From Eledone cirrhosa (Eukaryota): a stretch of DNA of 64,000 bases. Positions 39,630 through 53,980 of the stretch are shown piece by piece. The translations under genes and the position numbers were made by a program. The stretch covers positions 57,722,001 through 57,786,000 of the forward strand of contig OZ024744.1 in assembly GCA_964016885.1 (NCBI GenBank). The letters run 5' to 3'. The notes under the pieces are model-generated. The model made no database searches. It saw only the letters and a list, made by a program, of their open reading frames with translations, and had not been told where the DNA came from. Numbering within the stretch: position 1 is the first letter of the stretch; every line of letters begins with the position of its first letter.

Positions 39630-41600
39630 TGTCAATGACATTTTCTAGGCCAACAAATACTAATTATAAAGCTTATTCTTAGCTAAGTATTTCTCCTGCA
39701 GATGTCACACTAGAAAGATGGCATCAGTAGTATTTCTTCCCAACCATAAAATCAAACTGCATCTCATCAAGATTGATTATATCCCTAATCAACTTTGCTA
39801 TCACTCTTTCTGTAACCTTTGTAACCTGGTCTATCCATTAGATGACTCTGTATTTGCTTCTCTCAAAAGAATATCCTTTACCATTGTAGTAGTTGGTTAT
39901 GATGCTAATATCCCAGTCATTGGGTATGACATCTTCCTGTACTACCTGGTTCCCGTACTACACAAGGTTGCAAAGTTCTTTGAGAGCATTTTATGGATTT
40001 AGTAAAAGATGCATAAGTCATGAAAGAAGAGCTTTATTTGAGAAAATATTGACATAAGTAATTTTGAGACACTTCTTGAGGCATCTACTTAATGAATCCA
40101 CCATTAGCCTCAATGACTGTTTCAATATGATCTAAAATGTTGACATACCTGAATCAGATGATCTTTATCTATTTTGGATATTGTGCTAGTTATAGTGGAC
40201 TTCAGAGACTTGATGGTGTTATGGGGAAGTTGATTGACTTTCCTCTCAACTATGTCCCATACTTAGTAGTCCAATAGATTCAGGTTTGGAGAGCTAGGAG
40301 GCCATATGTTTACAGTGACGTGATTATGGAGATTGTAATTCATCCATTCTTGGGTCGACTTGACCTTATGAGACTGTGCAGAGTCTTGATGGTAGGTGAA
40401 CATTCTTCCTTTGCTCTCAGTTTCTATCTAAAGCCTCACAAGCTTCTTCAATACGTCATTATAGTCAGCAGCATTGACCCTTAAACCCTGTTGAAAGAAG
40501 TGAAGAGACATGACATCTCCCTTGTTGCTCACGATTCTCAGAACCATCAAAGTTGCCAGAAACTTTGTGTGCATGACTGTTGGAATGTCTTTGGGGGTCT
40601 CTGCATAACTATCTGTTATTTCTTTGGTTGACTTTTTGATCTAGATCAAACTTTTTCTTGTCAGAGAAAAAAACAAAGCATTCCAGACTCTTAATGTTTC
40701 AACTTGCTCAACAAACACTTTGTACAGATCAGATGATTATCTTTTGTCTTTGCAGGCATGAATTGGCCTCTCTGCATTCCTTGTGAATTGTACACAATTC
40801 TTCCAACAGTCTGCCTTGAAAATTTGAGCTCTTAAGCAATGGCTCCACCGACTAATTCAGCCATCTCTACAACAATCCTCAAAGCTTCAGCTACCTTCCC
40901 TATCTTCATTTCCTTAATCGCCTTATCTACACACTTCTGTCAACTTTGATGGTTGGTCCTTCAGCTCAGTCTACTTGAAATAGACCCTAACTCTCCCATG
41001 CATTTTTCTCATTCAACAACTTCTCATAATAACACTTCCATGCTTCCTTCTTTTTGGCATCAGTAAAGGTAAGTGTGCCACTGTTGTTTCATATACACTT
41101 CTCTCCTGCGACAATCTGCTTTTCTCTTGTATACTGTCTTGCAATTCAGAACACTTATCGTCTTTGATACTCACACTGCAGAATATTGGCAAACCTCCTA
41201 CTTTCTACCTCCCCTCTTACCAAATAAACCTGATGCCTCACCTCTCTTCTAGCTACCTGATATTGTTTCCTGCACCCCATTACTCTCTAGAATGTTCAAG
41301 CCTCTTAACTTTTATGATCCTATCTACAGTAGTATTCCACCACAAGGCCACGTTCCATCTGGCTGGTACTTTTCCCATCCACAGATTTCATCTGTAGCCC
41401 ACAGTAGGTTGTTTAATAGGAATTCCCCATTGTCCTCAATATTATATGTTTATAACTCCTCATCCTCATTGCCCCACCGTGCTTCCTCTTGAATGTTTGG
41501 TTGTTTGAAAACTCTTTAAGTTTACATACCCTTCTTCTTCAGACCACCTTAGGTTTCTGTGTTCAACTAGCTCATACTCTAAAGTCCCTAATCACTAACC
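39630..41600 (-). mobile_element. Old RTE LINE fragment interrupted by a mariner
   Basis: IDQVTKVTERVIA..LDEMQF..LQEKYLAK (39630-39960) continues as AIKEMKIGK..EKMHGR from about 40885. Confidence 0.75.
39961..40885 (-). mobile_element. Decayed Tc1/mariner transposase (DD37D/maT-like)
   Basis: FFSDKKKF, MHTKFLATLMV..HFFQQGLRVNAADY, FTYHQDSAQSHK, IWPPSSPNLNLLDY*VW. Confidence 0.85.
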
Positions 41601-42205
41601 TATGTTGGGGTGGGTGGGTGCATTCTTCTACAGGGAAAGTTTAAGTATTTACAACCATCTGCCTTTTGTGTTTTCTAGTGAGTATAAAGACAGTCTGTTA
41701 GTGCAAACAGAAGTAGCCACAGTAGAATACAAAGTATGACATACAAGACGTCTGCAGAGTGCAGGTGTTATTCATTTTAAAACATCATCAATTACAGAAT
41801 TTCACTGTTTGTTATTATTATTCTTCAGAATGTTGATTTATTAAGCAGCAAAGATGAAATTTAGTTGAATTTGGTTAAAATGTGAGTTGAACTAAAATTA
41901 AAACAAAAGATAGCAACACTAACTGATAATCAGACGAGAGGAGATAAATCAATTCAGAATAAGCATTGATGGATTTAAAGTTGTTATTGGTAGTGAAGAT
42001 GGAAAAACTATCTGATATTAAACAAATTAGGTACATTAAACATTTTACAAATCAGATAACAGATAACATACTATTAATTTGTACACACACACACAGCACA
42101 CAGCACATACACACACACACACTAGTAGATATAGACATGTATCTAAAGATATAAGTGAGTGTTAGCAGTGTTGAGAAATGGTTGATTGAAAAAAAATTGT
42201 TTTAA

Positions 42206-42623
42206 CCCTTTAGCATTTAAACCGACCATATCCGGCCAGAATTCTCCCACCTCTTTCTGTTCAAACCAGCCCTAACTAGCCACTCATACCGATATTAACG
42301 TATTGTTCTCAAAATAAATAATATTAAAATCTCATTGATTCAATATAATTGTTTCTACTTTAGGCACAAGGCCAGCAATTATCCCAGTGCATTACTGGTA
42401 CTTTATTTTATCGACCCCGTAAGGATGAAAGGCAAAGTTAACCTCGGTGGGATTTGAACTCAGATCATAAAGGGACGTAACTATGCTGGAAAGCATGGCG
42501 TCCGACCCTCTACCAATACTGCCAATCCGCCGCCCTTTGATTCAATATAATGTGAGATTCAATATAATGTGAGATAATTATGTAAGATAAAGCTTTTACT
42601 AGAATAATGTAAATACTAAAGAG
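42206..42623. mobile_element. TTAA MITE containing a SINE S1 insertion (42347-42536, minus)
   Basis: TTAA flanks at 42202-42205 and 42624-42627; SINE TSD TTGATTCAATATAAT at 42335-42349 and 42537-42551. Confidence 0.88.
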
Positions 42624-43374
42624 TTAAATTGACCCTGCATACAGTTTTGGACTATTTCTGAATGGCAAATTTAATGGGGTTTTGGCAAAAAGAATATAGT
42701 ACCTCTCTGTGGTTGCAAAGATTATAAATATATATATATATATGTATTAGGTAAAAACCAAAGTTGTAGCTGCTGCACAGCAACAACTATTCAAATTGTT
42801 TGAAGCAATCACAAAGCACTCAATGGAGCAAAGCAAAAATTTAAAGAACATTAAGGTCCAGAGTAAACACAACAATTAAAAAGTGTGACTCCAAGAAAAA
42901 CAACCACCAAAAGCACTGGCCATACATATATAACAACAATGATATATATATATAAACTTAGGAAAATTAACAGTGAGGGCAAGACAACAAACAAAAACAA
43001 GGCAAACAAAAAAAAGTTTTTTAAGGGAACCTAAAATAATTGTTTTGTTTTTTTAAAAATAAAAATACAAATAAAAGACACAGAACTGCAGAGTCATCAG
43101 CCGTTGAGATGGACTTTGGCAGTTTCAACCCCTACCAATGGTACTGCTAATCCACCTGGGGTCACAGCGTCTGACATAAGCAAAACGCTGTCCAGTGGAG
43201 TAAGAGACGAAAGACAAAACATTAATCTATACCAATTAAGCTCTAACAAGTACATATAGAATTTTATGTGACATCAGGGAAAAAGGGTGGGGCTTCATAT
43301 ATATATAATATGTAGATTCCCAAATTGTAGCCACAGTTAAAAAGATACTCATACAAATGAAACAGTTCTAGTCA

Positions 43375-43422
<48 letters not shown>

Positions 43423-43604
43423 CAGGAAACTCTGTAAAGTTGTTGGCATTAGGAAGGGCATCCAGCAATAGAAATCATGCCTAAATATGGAACATATGAA
43501 CAAGACATGGTTACTTCGACTTATCTCGTCTTGGATACAACCTGTGTAACTCGCCTGCATGAAAAGCGGACATAAAATGATGGTAATGATAATGATAATG
43601 ATAT

Positions 43605-43970
43605 CATCATCATCATCATCATTTTACGTCCGCTTTTCCCTGCTTGCAAGGGTGGGATGGGAACTGATTCTGGCTTGATTTCTACAGCTGGATGCCCTTC
43701 CTAACACCAACCTCATTTACAGTGAGTGCCTCCACGTCCACTTTACAGTGTGGGCTGGGTGCTTTTTTGCCGTGGCACCTCCACGACCAGTTTGCAGTGG
43801 TATGATAGGGACCCCAGTCCTATCATTTCATTTCTACAGCTGAGTAAACTGGAGCAATGTGAAATAAAATGTCTTGCTCAAGGAAACAACACATCACGCG
43901 GTCTGAGAATAGAACTCACAACCTTTCGATTGCAAGCCCAATGCTCTAACCACTAAGCCATGTGCCTCCA
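43605..43970 (-). mobile_element. Composite SINE: tRNA/CORE head, S2 module, RTE tail
   Basis: Near-identical second copy at 45567-45872; 5' end triplicated (TAAGCCATGTGCCTCCA, 43954-44025). Confidence 0.8.
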
Positions 43971-44194
43971 TCTAAGCCATGTGCCTCCATCTAAGCCATG
44001 TGCCTCCACCTAAGCCATGTGCTTCATATATATATATTTGAAGATTTAGGGTAAATTCACGGTAAATATAATCACTTTTAAATTAAAAGCCTTAGATGTA
44101 AAATGAATAAACTGTGAAGTATGAACAATTTTAACGATTCTTCCTTACAGAGAAAAGCTTAAGAGATTATTCTACCTAATTGACACTCTCGACA

Positions 44195-45566
44195 ATACCT
44201 AAATAAGGAATGATACGTGATGGGGCCCCGCCACAGGCCTGGCGGTCAGATTGAAGGCATTTCCCCGGAGGACGGCAAGGGAGATGCGCTGGAAAAGCCA
44301 CTCCAACTCACGGGGCTCACACCTGCGGCTGGTCAGCTCAACGCCTATGGTGGTGAGTAGGGAGGTAGCCAGAAGTCTCCACTGCCAGAGGTACAACTGC
44401 AAACCTGTCGGAGAGCGACCAGTATTTGAGGAGTTTAGCCTCCTCAGCATGATGTGCAGCAGAACCTGGGTTAGCCGCAGACTGCACCATGTTGCGGCTG
44501 CAGGAAGTGTCGGTGCAAGTGGCATCCCAGACGAGGAGTTTGCCACCGCAGAACGGGAAGATGGTCATACCTTCTGGCCTTTTGCCATCCCCTCGGCCCA
44601 GCCTCACCGGCTCGAGCTGGAAAGGGAAGACTGCAGTGTCCAAGCCATGCTTTATGACCTCATTGATGGCAGCATGGTGTGGTATGCAGCTGGCACTGTG
44701 GCGACAGGAAAGCGGGTGGAGGCCGAAAGAGTCCACGGTGGAACCGCAGTGACATTGGTGTGGCTGGCAGATCCGGAGGCCAAGCCTCAGGGAAACACTG
44801 ATGCGTAGGCTATGGTTGTCTAGCTGTGTGCCAGTGGAGAAGGAGGGCAGGGCATGGAGCTAGGCACCATTGTGGGGTTTGGAGACCGCACGAAAACAGG
44901 CAAGGCGGTGCTGGTCGAGCTGGCGTATGAGCCTGTCTGAGGCCAGGCTGCACTGGATGGCATCCCAAGTGCTTTGGGGGGACTTGACGTCAACAGGGGG
45001 AGGAGGAGGGATGTCTACTGGGCTAAGTACCAGCCGGTCGCACGTCTCACAGGCATCTCACGTTCTCTGAACACAGAGGGTTCTATTGCATTTAGAAGAA
45101 CCATGCTGACGAGGACGCAGCACGAGGTTACCGACGAAAGATACGCCGGCAAAGCCAGTGAGATCGGGGACCAGAGGCCAAGGCCGCCATACCTGACAGG
45201 TAAAGTGGCCTGTTGCCATCCAATGTCGTCAAACTTGATGTTGCATATCTCCTCGGCTGCTGTTCGGATACAAGTATCGAGGTCAGCGAGGAGAGACATG
45301 TGGGTGTAGCATGGAGCGTTGCAAAGAGTATAGAGGAGCTTCGGCTTGGTGAAGCAGTTCCTCAATAGAAAGAGGGCTGGGTGGCCATCGATCAAGCCCA
45401 GTCGGCTCGCGAGTGTGTGTTGTTGAAGCCTGGACCTGATGGTGGAGCGGAAGGCTGGATCGGTGACCCGAGGATGAGGACAACCTCTTTGTACCTGGTG
45501 GAGAATGGACCGCACGTCCGAGGCGGAGGCTGCAAAGCTTTCAGCATCATGGTTGACATTCACCAC
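44195..45566 (-). mobile_element. CRE-clade LINE fragment (RT C-terminus, zinc knuckle, restriction-like endonuclease)
   Basis: WQQATLPVRYGGLG, GLHPLSC..HAAINEVI, LEP..DGKRPEG, LVWDATC.DT, K..KY, PLAVETSG, FQRISLAVLRGNA. Confidence 0.9.
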
Positions 45567-46378
45567 CTGCTTGCAAGGGTGGGACGGGAACTGATTCTGG
45601 CTCGATTTCTACAGCTGGATGCCCTTCCAAACACCAACCTCATTTACAGTGAGCGCTGGGTGCTTTATTGCCGTGGCACCTCCACGACCACTTTGCAGTG
45701 TAATGAAAGGGACCCCAGGCCCTATCATCTCATTTCTACAGCTGAGTAAACTGGAGCAATGTGAAATAAAGTGTCTTGCTCAAGGAAACAACACATCACC
45801 CGGTCTGAGAATTGAACTCACAACCTTTTGATTGCAAAGCCAATGCTCTAACCACTAAGCCATGTGCCTCCATATGTATATATATATGTATCTTTTATGG
45901 TACTGGTTCCAATAATTGGACAGCAGCCACAGATTATATTTCACACCACATTCTGCCATGCGACAGGAGGAGGGAGGGGGAACATTAGTTTCAATGGTGA
46001 TGGGGGTGAGACATCAGTCAATTATTTGGACATCCAGTTACTTTATTTGGTATCTGTGTATCATTAGGAATAGTTTTTGTTTGATGCACCTGTGGCCATG
46101 ATATAATGAACCCAGTACGCTCTGTAAAGTGGAAGTGCTAATTCTGTGATAACATGCACTCACGACTCTATGTATGTGGCAGTGGTGGTGTCAGGATAAA
46201 ATGCACCTAGTACATTCTGTAAATCGTTTGGCATTAGAAAGTACATCCAACCTTAGAAACCATGCCAAGACATGGTTTGGTCAATCTGTTCACTATTGGA
46301 ATGTGATGGATTATCCAACTCATGCCAGCAAAGCAAACATAAAATGGTGATGATAATATACACACACATATATGTAAA

Positions 46379-46607
46379 TATCAAATTATAAATGCAAGGA
46401 AATAATACACAAAAATTTATCTATTTTTTTCTTTAAAGTCCTGACTTCAGTTTCACCAAATTGTCATGCAGCAATCCTGCACTATAAAAGTGCACCATCG
46501 TTGTGAGGTTATAAAACTAATCAAGGGGCCCCTCAGTTGCTGTTGGTACTTTGAAGAAAAAGTAGGTATATTTTTGTCTATTATTTCCTCACATTTATAA
46601 TTTGATA
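46379..46607. repeat. Diverged fold-back with ~60-bp arms
   Basis: TATCAAATTATAAATGCAAGGAAATAATACACAAAAAT / ATTTTTGTCTATTATTTCCTCACATTTATAATTTGATA. Confidence 0.8.
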
Positions 46608-46892
46608 AATAGTTTTGATTAATTGATTATTTTAATTCTTTTTATTATTTTAACTCTTTCAGTCATTGAGCAAAACTGGTCAATGCAAACACAACACACA
46701 CATATACCTATGTATCTCATTACTATTTTGTCCCAAACTCCCTTATGGTTGAGTTAACTGCTTTTTCTATCAAATATGGTACTCACTAAATATCCATCAT
46801 TATTGCCCTTCTGTGACTGCTGTATCACATGATAATTCCTCCCTCCACCTCCCAAGAATTATTCACTTGTAACAGTCAGATCAAGAAACAGT

Positions 46893-47062
46893 CCAAGTCA
46901 TACCACTAAGTCATACCACCAAGTCATACCACCAAGTCATACCACTGAGTCATACCATCAGGTCATACCACCGAGTCATACCATCAAGTCATACCACCAT
47001 GTCATAATACCGAATCATACCACCAAGTCATACCACCAAGTAACACCATCAAGTCATACCAA
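46893..47062. repeat. 13-bp minisatellite
   Basis: AAGTCATACCACC units, about 13 copies. Confidence 0.9.
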
Positions 47063-47210
47063 CAACTAACGGTTGTATAAATTTATAAAAATGTGTAAAT
47101 AGAAGACCTAGCCCTCATCCCTAAGAATCCAGTCCTTCCTCTCCTTCCCCAAAAGCTCAACTTCTTTTTTTTTACCGTTTCTGGTCAGTGTTTCATTATT
47201 TTCAGTTTAA

Positions 47211-47400
47211 AGGCAGTGGATTGGCAGTATCGGTAGAGGGTCTGACGCCATGCTTTACAGCAAAGAGTTATGGCCTTTTATGGTCTGAGTTCAAATCCCG
47301 CTGAGGGTTAACTTTGCCTTTCATCCTTACGGGGTCAATAAAAGAAAATACCAGTAATGCACTGGGCAATTGCTGGCCTTGTGCCAAAAGTAGAAACAAT
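47211..47400 (+). mobile_element. SINE S1 with 17-bp TSD
   Basis: ATTATTTTCAGTTTAAA at 47195-47211 and 47399-47415. Confidence 0.92.
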
Positions 47401-47532
47401 TATTTTCAGTTTAAATGTTGTTGATTTTAACTTAGTATTAACCGATTCTTTTGAAAATTTTAAAAAATTTGAAGGGATTTAGTAATTATAACTACCTCTT
47501 TTGATTAAGCTGATGCTTGGAACATAATTTAA

Positions 47533-47738
47533 CCCTTTAGCATTTACATTACTCTATATATACTATTGTATTTTCATGGTAAAGGCTTTATCTCACATAA
47601 TATCAAATGTGAGATTTTGATATTATTTAGTTTGAGAACTATACCTTAACATAAGTATGAGTGACTGGTTATGGCCAGTTTGAACAGTAAGAGCTGAGAA
47701 AATTCTGGTCAGATATGGCCGGTTTAAATGCTAAAGGG
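47533..47738. mobile_element. TTAA MITE nested in the second TTAA family
   Basis: TTAA|CCCTTTAGCATTTA ... TAAATGCTAAAGGG|TTAA. Confidence 0.9.
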
Positions 47739-48269
47739 TTAACCAAAGGTTCTTATATAAAATTTCGATGGAAAGTCATACCACCATATGTGTCACACAT
47801 CCATCCAGGGATAGTTTCAGGCTGTTTGGTATCAAAACAGTTAATCCTTTTTAATACAAGACCACCATAAACTGCCATTGTTTGTTTTAAAATGTTTATA
47901 TTTATCTTTTTAATTTTTCATCATAGTGACAATGGCGAGCTTATAACAATGAAGGCATGAACTCCAAATCAATTTCTTATTGTCTTCTGACAAAGGGTTT
48001 TTAGATCCAAAATATTAGGACAGGTAAATAAAATAACGGATGATACACAATTTATTCCAAAATCTACCATCCATTTTGCATTGTCATAGCCTTCGAATAC
48101 CATACTTTATAAGAATCTTTGTTATGCTTCAAACACCAACTGATAACATTTCTTTATTTACCAAAAGATTACCAATTTTCAGAAAGTAATGAAAGAAAGA
48201 GAAAAGAAAAAAAAATGAAAAAAGAAAAAAACATGCACACTCAATTACATGTTCCTTCAGGCAGATAGA

Positions 48270-48400
48270 ATCTGGCTTGGACCATCACCACCTCACCTGC
48301 CTCTGCTCCACTTCACAGCCAAACAGCGGCACGTGGCTCAATTCAGTGCCCTCCTCATCAGCCAGTACCCTTCTTGATGACAAGTGCACTCACATTGGAA
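48270..48400 (+). mobile_element. CRE LINE fragment
   Basis: LDHHHLTCL..QPNSGTWLNSVPSSSASTLLD, homologous to the minus strand of 44815-44920. Confidence 0.7.
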
Positions 48401-48648
48401 ATTCACCTATTACTGAACATTCCATAGAGACATGTACTCTTAACGTAATACTCAGAGAGATTCGGCATGCGACAATGTGTGACAAAGCTATCCTTTTGAA
48501 TTACACCCAACAAACTTCAAAACAGTTTCTCTCTACAGAATGTCAACCCAATGCTATGGTGAATTGATAAATGACACACAGTGGGATCGAACACGGGACC
48601 CAATGATTGTGAGGTGAAATAAAGAAAGGGTTAAATAAACTACCTCTG

Positions 48649-48688
<40 letters not shown>

Positions 48689-48896
48689 CGAAGGAAAAGT
48701 GGTAAGGAACCAGGTGGACCATAACGCACCAAAGTACTCAATACTTAGGATAGTAGAGTGGGTAATAGGAACAAGTAAGACCCCAACGTTATATGTTCCT
48801 ATATATATATATATATATATTGTGCATATATATATATATATATATATGTATGTACATATATATATGTATATATATGTATGTACATATATATATATT

Positions 48897-48951
<55 letters not shown>

Positions 48952-48952
48952 G

Positions 48953-48988
<36 letters not shown>

Positions 48989-49063
48989 TATATATATATA
49001 CAAATATATATACATATATATATACATGTATATATATGTACATACATATATACATATACACAA

Positions 49064-49104
<41 letters not shown>

Positions 49105-49107
<3 letters not shown>

Positions 49108-49465
49108 TAAAATATAAGTATTAATAAAATAGATGTTCTTTTGATCAATTACATTTTATTATACATATTTCGGATGTACAACAGTACGTCCTCATCAGAC
49201 AAAATATAATGATACATGACATACCCTGAGATATTAAATGGTTAAGATTTAATCAAGGTAGTCAACCTTGATTAAATCTTAACCATTTAATATCATTTAA
49301 TATATATAATAAAGTGTAATTGATCAAAAGAACATCTATTTTATTAATACTTATATTTTAATATTAATAACTCCTGAAAATTATTTTCTGTTGAGTGCTT
49401 CCAATCTACTGTAAAACTCATTCTTTGACATAATCATCGAATATTGTTTAACAACTTAATACTTA
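49105..49465. mobile_element. Fold-back family H (relative of A); hammerhead deleted from the right arm, tail on the right
   Basis: Centre AATCAAGG-TAGTCAA-CCTTGATT; outer arms 49105-49165 / 49305-49363; tail motif ACTCC..TTGAGTGCTT at 49370-49400. Confidence 0.88.
49152..49206 (-). ncRNA. Minimal type I hammerhead ribozyme (family H)
   Basis: Reverse complement TATTTTGT CTGATGA GGACGTAC-TGTT-GTACATCC GAAA TATGTATA ATAAAATG. Confidence 0.88.
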
Positions 49466-50247
49466 TATACATATACATATATATATATATATATGTGTGT
49501 GTGTGTATGTGTATATATATATATATGCATGTATGTATGTATGTATAAGGCCACTCTGTTCTAACGTGTTATTGAATGTGCAGTAAAAACCAACCAAGCT
49601 GTCATATAAGACAGAAAAATGTGTAAATAGTTATTTTAAATTATTCAAATGCTTTTATATAATTATCAGTCCGGAACATCGACTGCCGACTTCTACCATC
49701 AACATGTAGGCACGCGTTCAGGTGTGAATATTATACACACACATGCACACACGCACGGTAGACACGTAAAAGCTTACACACATTGTAACGATACACATAC
49801 ATGTATTATGTGTTTGAAAATCGTTAAAATGTGTATGCATATATATATATTATATGTGTGTTGTGTAAAATGTATATATATGTGTATATATATACATGAT
49901 AGATTTCGCTACACACACACATTATATATTTTACTTTGCCTTTCATCCTTACGGGATCGATAAAATAAAGTACCAGTAATACACTGGGCTAATTGCTGGC
50001 CTTGTGCCAAAAGTAGAAACAATTATATATATATATATATATATATAACGAAGGAGGTGTGGTAAGGAACCAGATGGACCATAACGCACCAGAGTACTCA
50101 ATACTTAGGGTAGTAGAGTGGGTAATAGGAAAATGTTTGACCCCGACGTTTGAACCCTCAAGCCGTTTCGACGGCTAGTCCAAAAATAGCCGTCGAAACG
50201 GCTTGAGCTCTGCCATCGGGGTCAAACATTTTCCTATATATATATAT

Positions 50248-50850
50248 ACTAGCAGACGTACCCGGCGTTGGTCGGGAAATGAATGACACCCTGTTTGTCT
50301 GTATAAAGAGAGCCAAAGGTTGAGCAAAGAATTGAAATGTAATTGTAAAAAAAAGTTTAACAAAATGGGTGTACAGTGACATGATTGAGTGAAATAAAGG
50401 GCAACATAAAAACAATTCATGGGGTATGACGTGAATGATTTCAGGTCCGGCCTTGCTGTAGTAGGTATAAGTAAGGGGATAAAGATGGAATAGACGCACC
50501 GTATGTCCTTCAGTAGACTAAACCCTATGCGTAAGATGGCGTTGCCACTACCACGTTGACCATCCACTGGACATAGAAATATCATTCCTTGAAGCAAATC
50601 GGCCTAGTACTTCAAAAGTTAAAAGGAGCCTAGTATTTGTACACAAACAGATACACACACAAAATCGATTTTTTTTCGGCCCCAATATCGATTTTTTTTT
50701 CAAATTTGTTTTTGTCCAAAACCTGCTCTGGCATATAAGCAAAATGTGTGCCAAATTTGGTTGAAATCGGCCTAGTACTTCAAAAGTTAAAAGGAGCCTA
50801 GTATTTGTACACAGACAGACAGACACACACACAGACTTGCTTTTAGATAT
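50248..50850 (+). mobile_element. Helentron-associated (HINE/DINE-1-like) element, tentative
   Basis: ACTAGCAGACGTACCCGGCG start, internal ~170-bp-period duplication AAATCGGCCTAGTACTTCAAAAGTT, (ACAG)n near the 3' end. Confidence 0.5.
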
Positions 50851-50966
50851 GTATTTTAAAGTGACGATTTCGGGATGAAGTCTTTTCGATAATAATATCT
50901 GGTTGATAACATTAAGCAAATAAAGTTGGGATCTCCTTAATTTTGATGACCGGTTGGTAGCATCTG

Positions 50967-51009
<43 letters not shown>

Positions 51010-51661
51010 TTGCTTTATTGTACTACAATAAAACTCACCTCCTACACACACATATATATATACACACATATATTTGTGTGTGTGCGCGTGTGTGTACATA
51101 CATATAAATATATACGTGTGTGTGTGTGTACACACACACACACGTGCATCGTAAACGACTAAAAGTGTTGGTATCAGGAAAAGCATCCAGCTGTTAAACA
51201 TTGCCTCAAGTCCTGCTCAACCCATGCCAGCATGGAAAAGTCAACGAAAAAGAAAAAAAAACGATGATGATGATAAATGATAGGTTAATGGATACAGGCC
51301 AGAAGACCGAAGGATCACGAGAGCGTGCAGGTCTCGTGATTCTTCTGATACACGTGTGCGCACACACAGACACACCAAACACATGTTGACTAAAAAAAAA
51401 TGATAAAGAAATTCACTTCATGCATTCACATAGTCACGGTTCGATCCCATTGCGTAGCGTACTGGACAATTGTCATTACTAATGATCGGTGTCGGCCCAA
51501 GTTTTGTGAGTACAATTGAAAAATCAATATCTGATGGACTACCTGTAATTCAATTGATAATTGATATATGCTGTGCCTCTGATTACATTAAGAGTACACA
51601 AGTCTATAGAATACGAAACCATTTGATCGAACAATTCAATGTTCATATCGTCGAAGGATCC

Positions 51662-51704
<43 letters not shown>

Positions 51705-52018
51705 GTGTGTGTGTGTATATACATACACATACACTTATAGATTTACGAAATCACACTACCACAAGATTCCAACGATGAATGTGTACCAGTTGTCGGTTTG
51801 CGGAGCAGTGACTGAGCATTCGACATTGTACTCTTAACATAATTCTGCAGGAGGTTCAACATGTCACTGCTGACCTTTAGAATTACAGGTACAGTCTATC
51901 TTCATTTCACTCACAAGACTTAGGTCAGTTCCCTGAGATACCACTCTGTGGGATCAAAAGCCGACACTCAATGATAAGAGAAGCGGCGAACCTCATAAAC
52001 ATTTGGATATGCTACGTC

Positions 52019-52087
<69 letters not shown>

Positions 52088-53254
52088 TTAATAAAGGTTA
52101 GTCTGCCCCAAGCATATACATATACAAATATACGTACATTCATAACATGTTCCATATATGAATATATAAATATGCGTGTATGCAGGGCGCGCGTGGTTGT
52201 GTTTGTCAGAAAATTATATATACATTTGCTAAGGGCAATGATCTGCACGTGCCTACGCTATATGTAACGAATATACCTGTCTGTCCTGTCAGCCTGCTGT
52301 AGGGCAATGTGCTTATTGAGAGAAAATATGACATGAACGGGGTGGGGTAAACTTGCGTAATGCCGTGCTGGGGTCCCACTGCACTTGCGGGTGCATCTTA
52401 TAAATAACTGAGTGTGTGTTTGTGTGTACCCGTGCTTGGATATTTACAGAGAGAAAATGCACACACGCATATGATATATAGATAGAGATAGAGATGCATA
52501 TACATATAGGTACACAAACATACACACATATATATATACATATATACACACAATTCAAATGGCCTGCCTTCTCACATTGTTACACTGAATATCCACGAGA
52601 ATTGGCTTAAGGGTACACGTATCTGTGGAATACTCAGCCACTTACATTATAATACTAAATGTACTGTATATATAATTCAAAAGGCCATCCATGACACACG
52701 CTAAATCCCCCTGGGAACCACGTTCAGGGTATACACAGCTGTGGAAAGCTCAAGGCGTTTGCACGTTTATTTCACAAGCAGGCTGTTCGGTTCGTTGATC
52801 GAACATCTAACCGAAACACTCATCATCAAAACCGACGAAGGCCCATTCCTTCTTTCCTTCTTTCCTAAAAGCTATTCCATGTTGGCTGCTCGGCTGCCAT
52901 ATTGAGTGAGTGTTAGTCAAGCCGGTAGGTCCTCACTCACTCAAGTACGAGTGCAGTTAAAATGTTAGTAGTTCATGCTGTGGCTTTCTAAATCTTCACG
53001 AATAACAATTGCATATTGTGTTGTGCTGTGTGTGTGTGCGCGTGTGTGTATGTACGTGTATGTATATGTGTATTTATGTATGTGTGTGTGTATTTATGTA
53101 CGTGTGTGTGTATATATATGTATATATATATATAGTGAATGCATGTGGGATATGTAATTCTGTTGTTCAGCCGGTCTTCCGACATTGTTCACAGTATCAA
53201 TTTTCTATAAATACTACTGACATACCAAACATCGCTCCAATACTGACACTTAAT

Positions 53255-53942
53255 CTCTCTCTTGCTATATATTTCTATCTCTTTCTTTCACTCTCTTTCT
53301 ATTTATTTATTATTCTCTTCTCTCTCTATCTCTTTTCCCTTTTTCTCTTTTTCCTCCTCTTTTCTTTCACGTCTCTTTCTCTTTTTCTATCAGTATCTCT
53401 TTCCCTCTCCCGTCTCCGTCTTCCATTCACTTTCTTTCCTTCTGTCTCTTTCGTTTTCTCCCTCATTGTCAGTCCCTCTATTTATATCTATATCTATTTC
53501 TCTCTCCCTATCTCTTTCCCCGCCTCTTACTTTCTCACTTTCTCGCTTTCGCTTACACTGACATTCTCTCTCTCTATACTTTCTCCTTTTCTATCTTTCC
53601 TTATCTTTTTTTCCTCTTTTCAATCCTTCTCTTACTTTCTCACCCCTCCTCCACTTTGTCCCCCTTCCCGTCTCTCTCTGCTTTATCTATATCTCTCTAT
53701 CTCTATCTCTTTCTTTCGCTTTCTCTCACAATCTCTGACTCCGTCTCTTTCTCTATCTCTGTATTATTATCTCTATCTCTTACACCCCATACTTCACAGA
53801 CGTTCCCTATTCAACTCTATACATTTCTTAATCATGTCTTATTTACACACTACATTTTTTTCATTTATCCTTCCCTCCGTTCCCTTATCACCCTATTCTC
53901 TCATATTCTATTCTTTTTGTTTCATACGTTCCCCACCAACCT

Positions 53943-53980
<38 letters not shown>

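Noticed and set aside
41679-41733. 55-nt exon candidate (EYKDSLLVQTEVATVEYK)
   Set aside because: Moderate splice sites only, phase does not join the 56666 candidate, no recognisable homology
47928-48023. AG/GT-bounded 96-nt exon candidate
   Set aside because: Stops in all three frames; could only be non-coding and is unsupported
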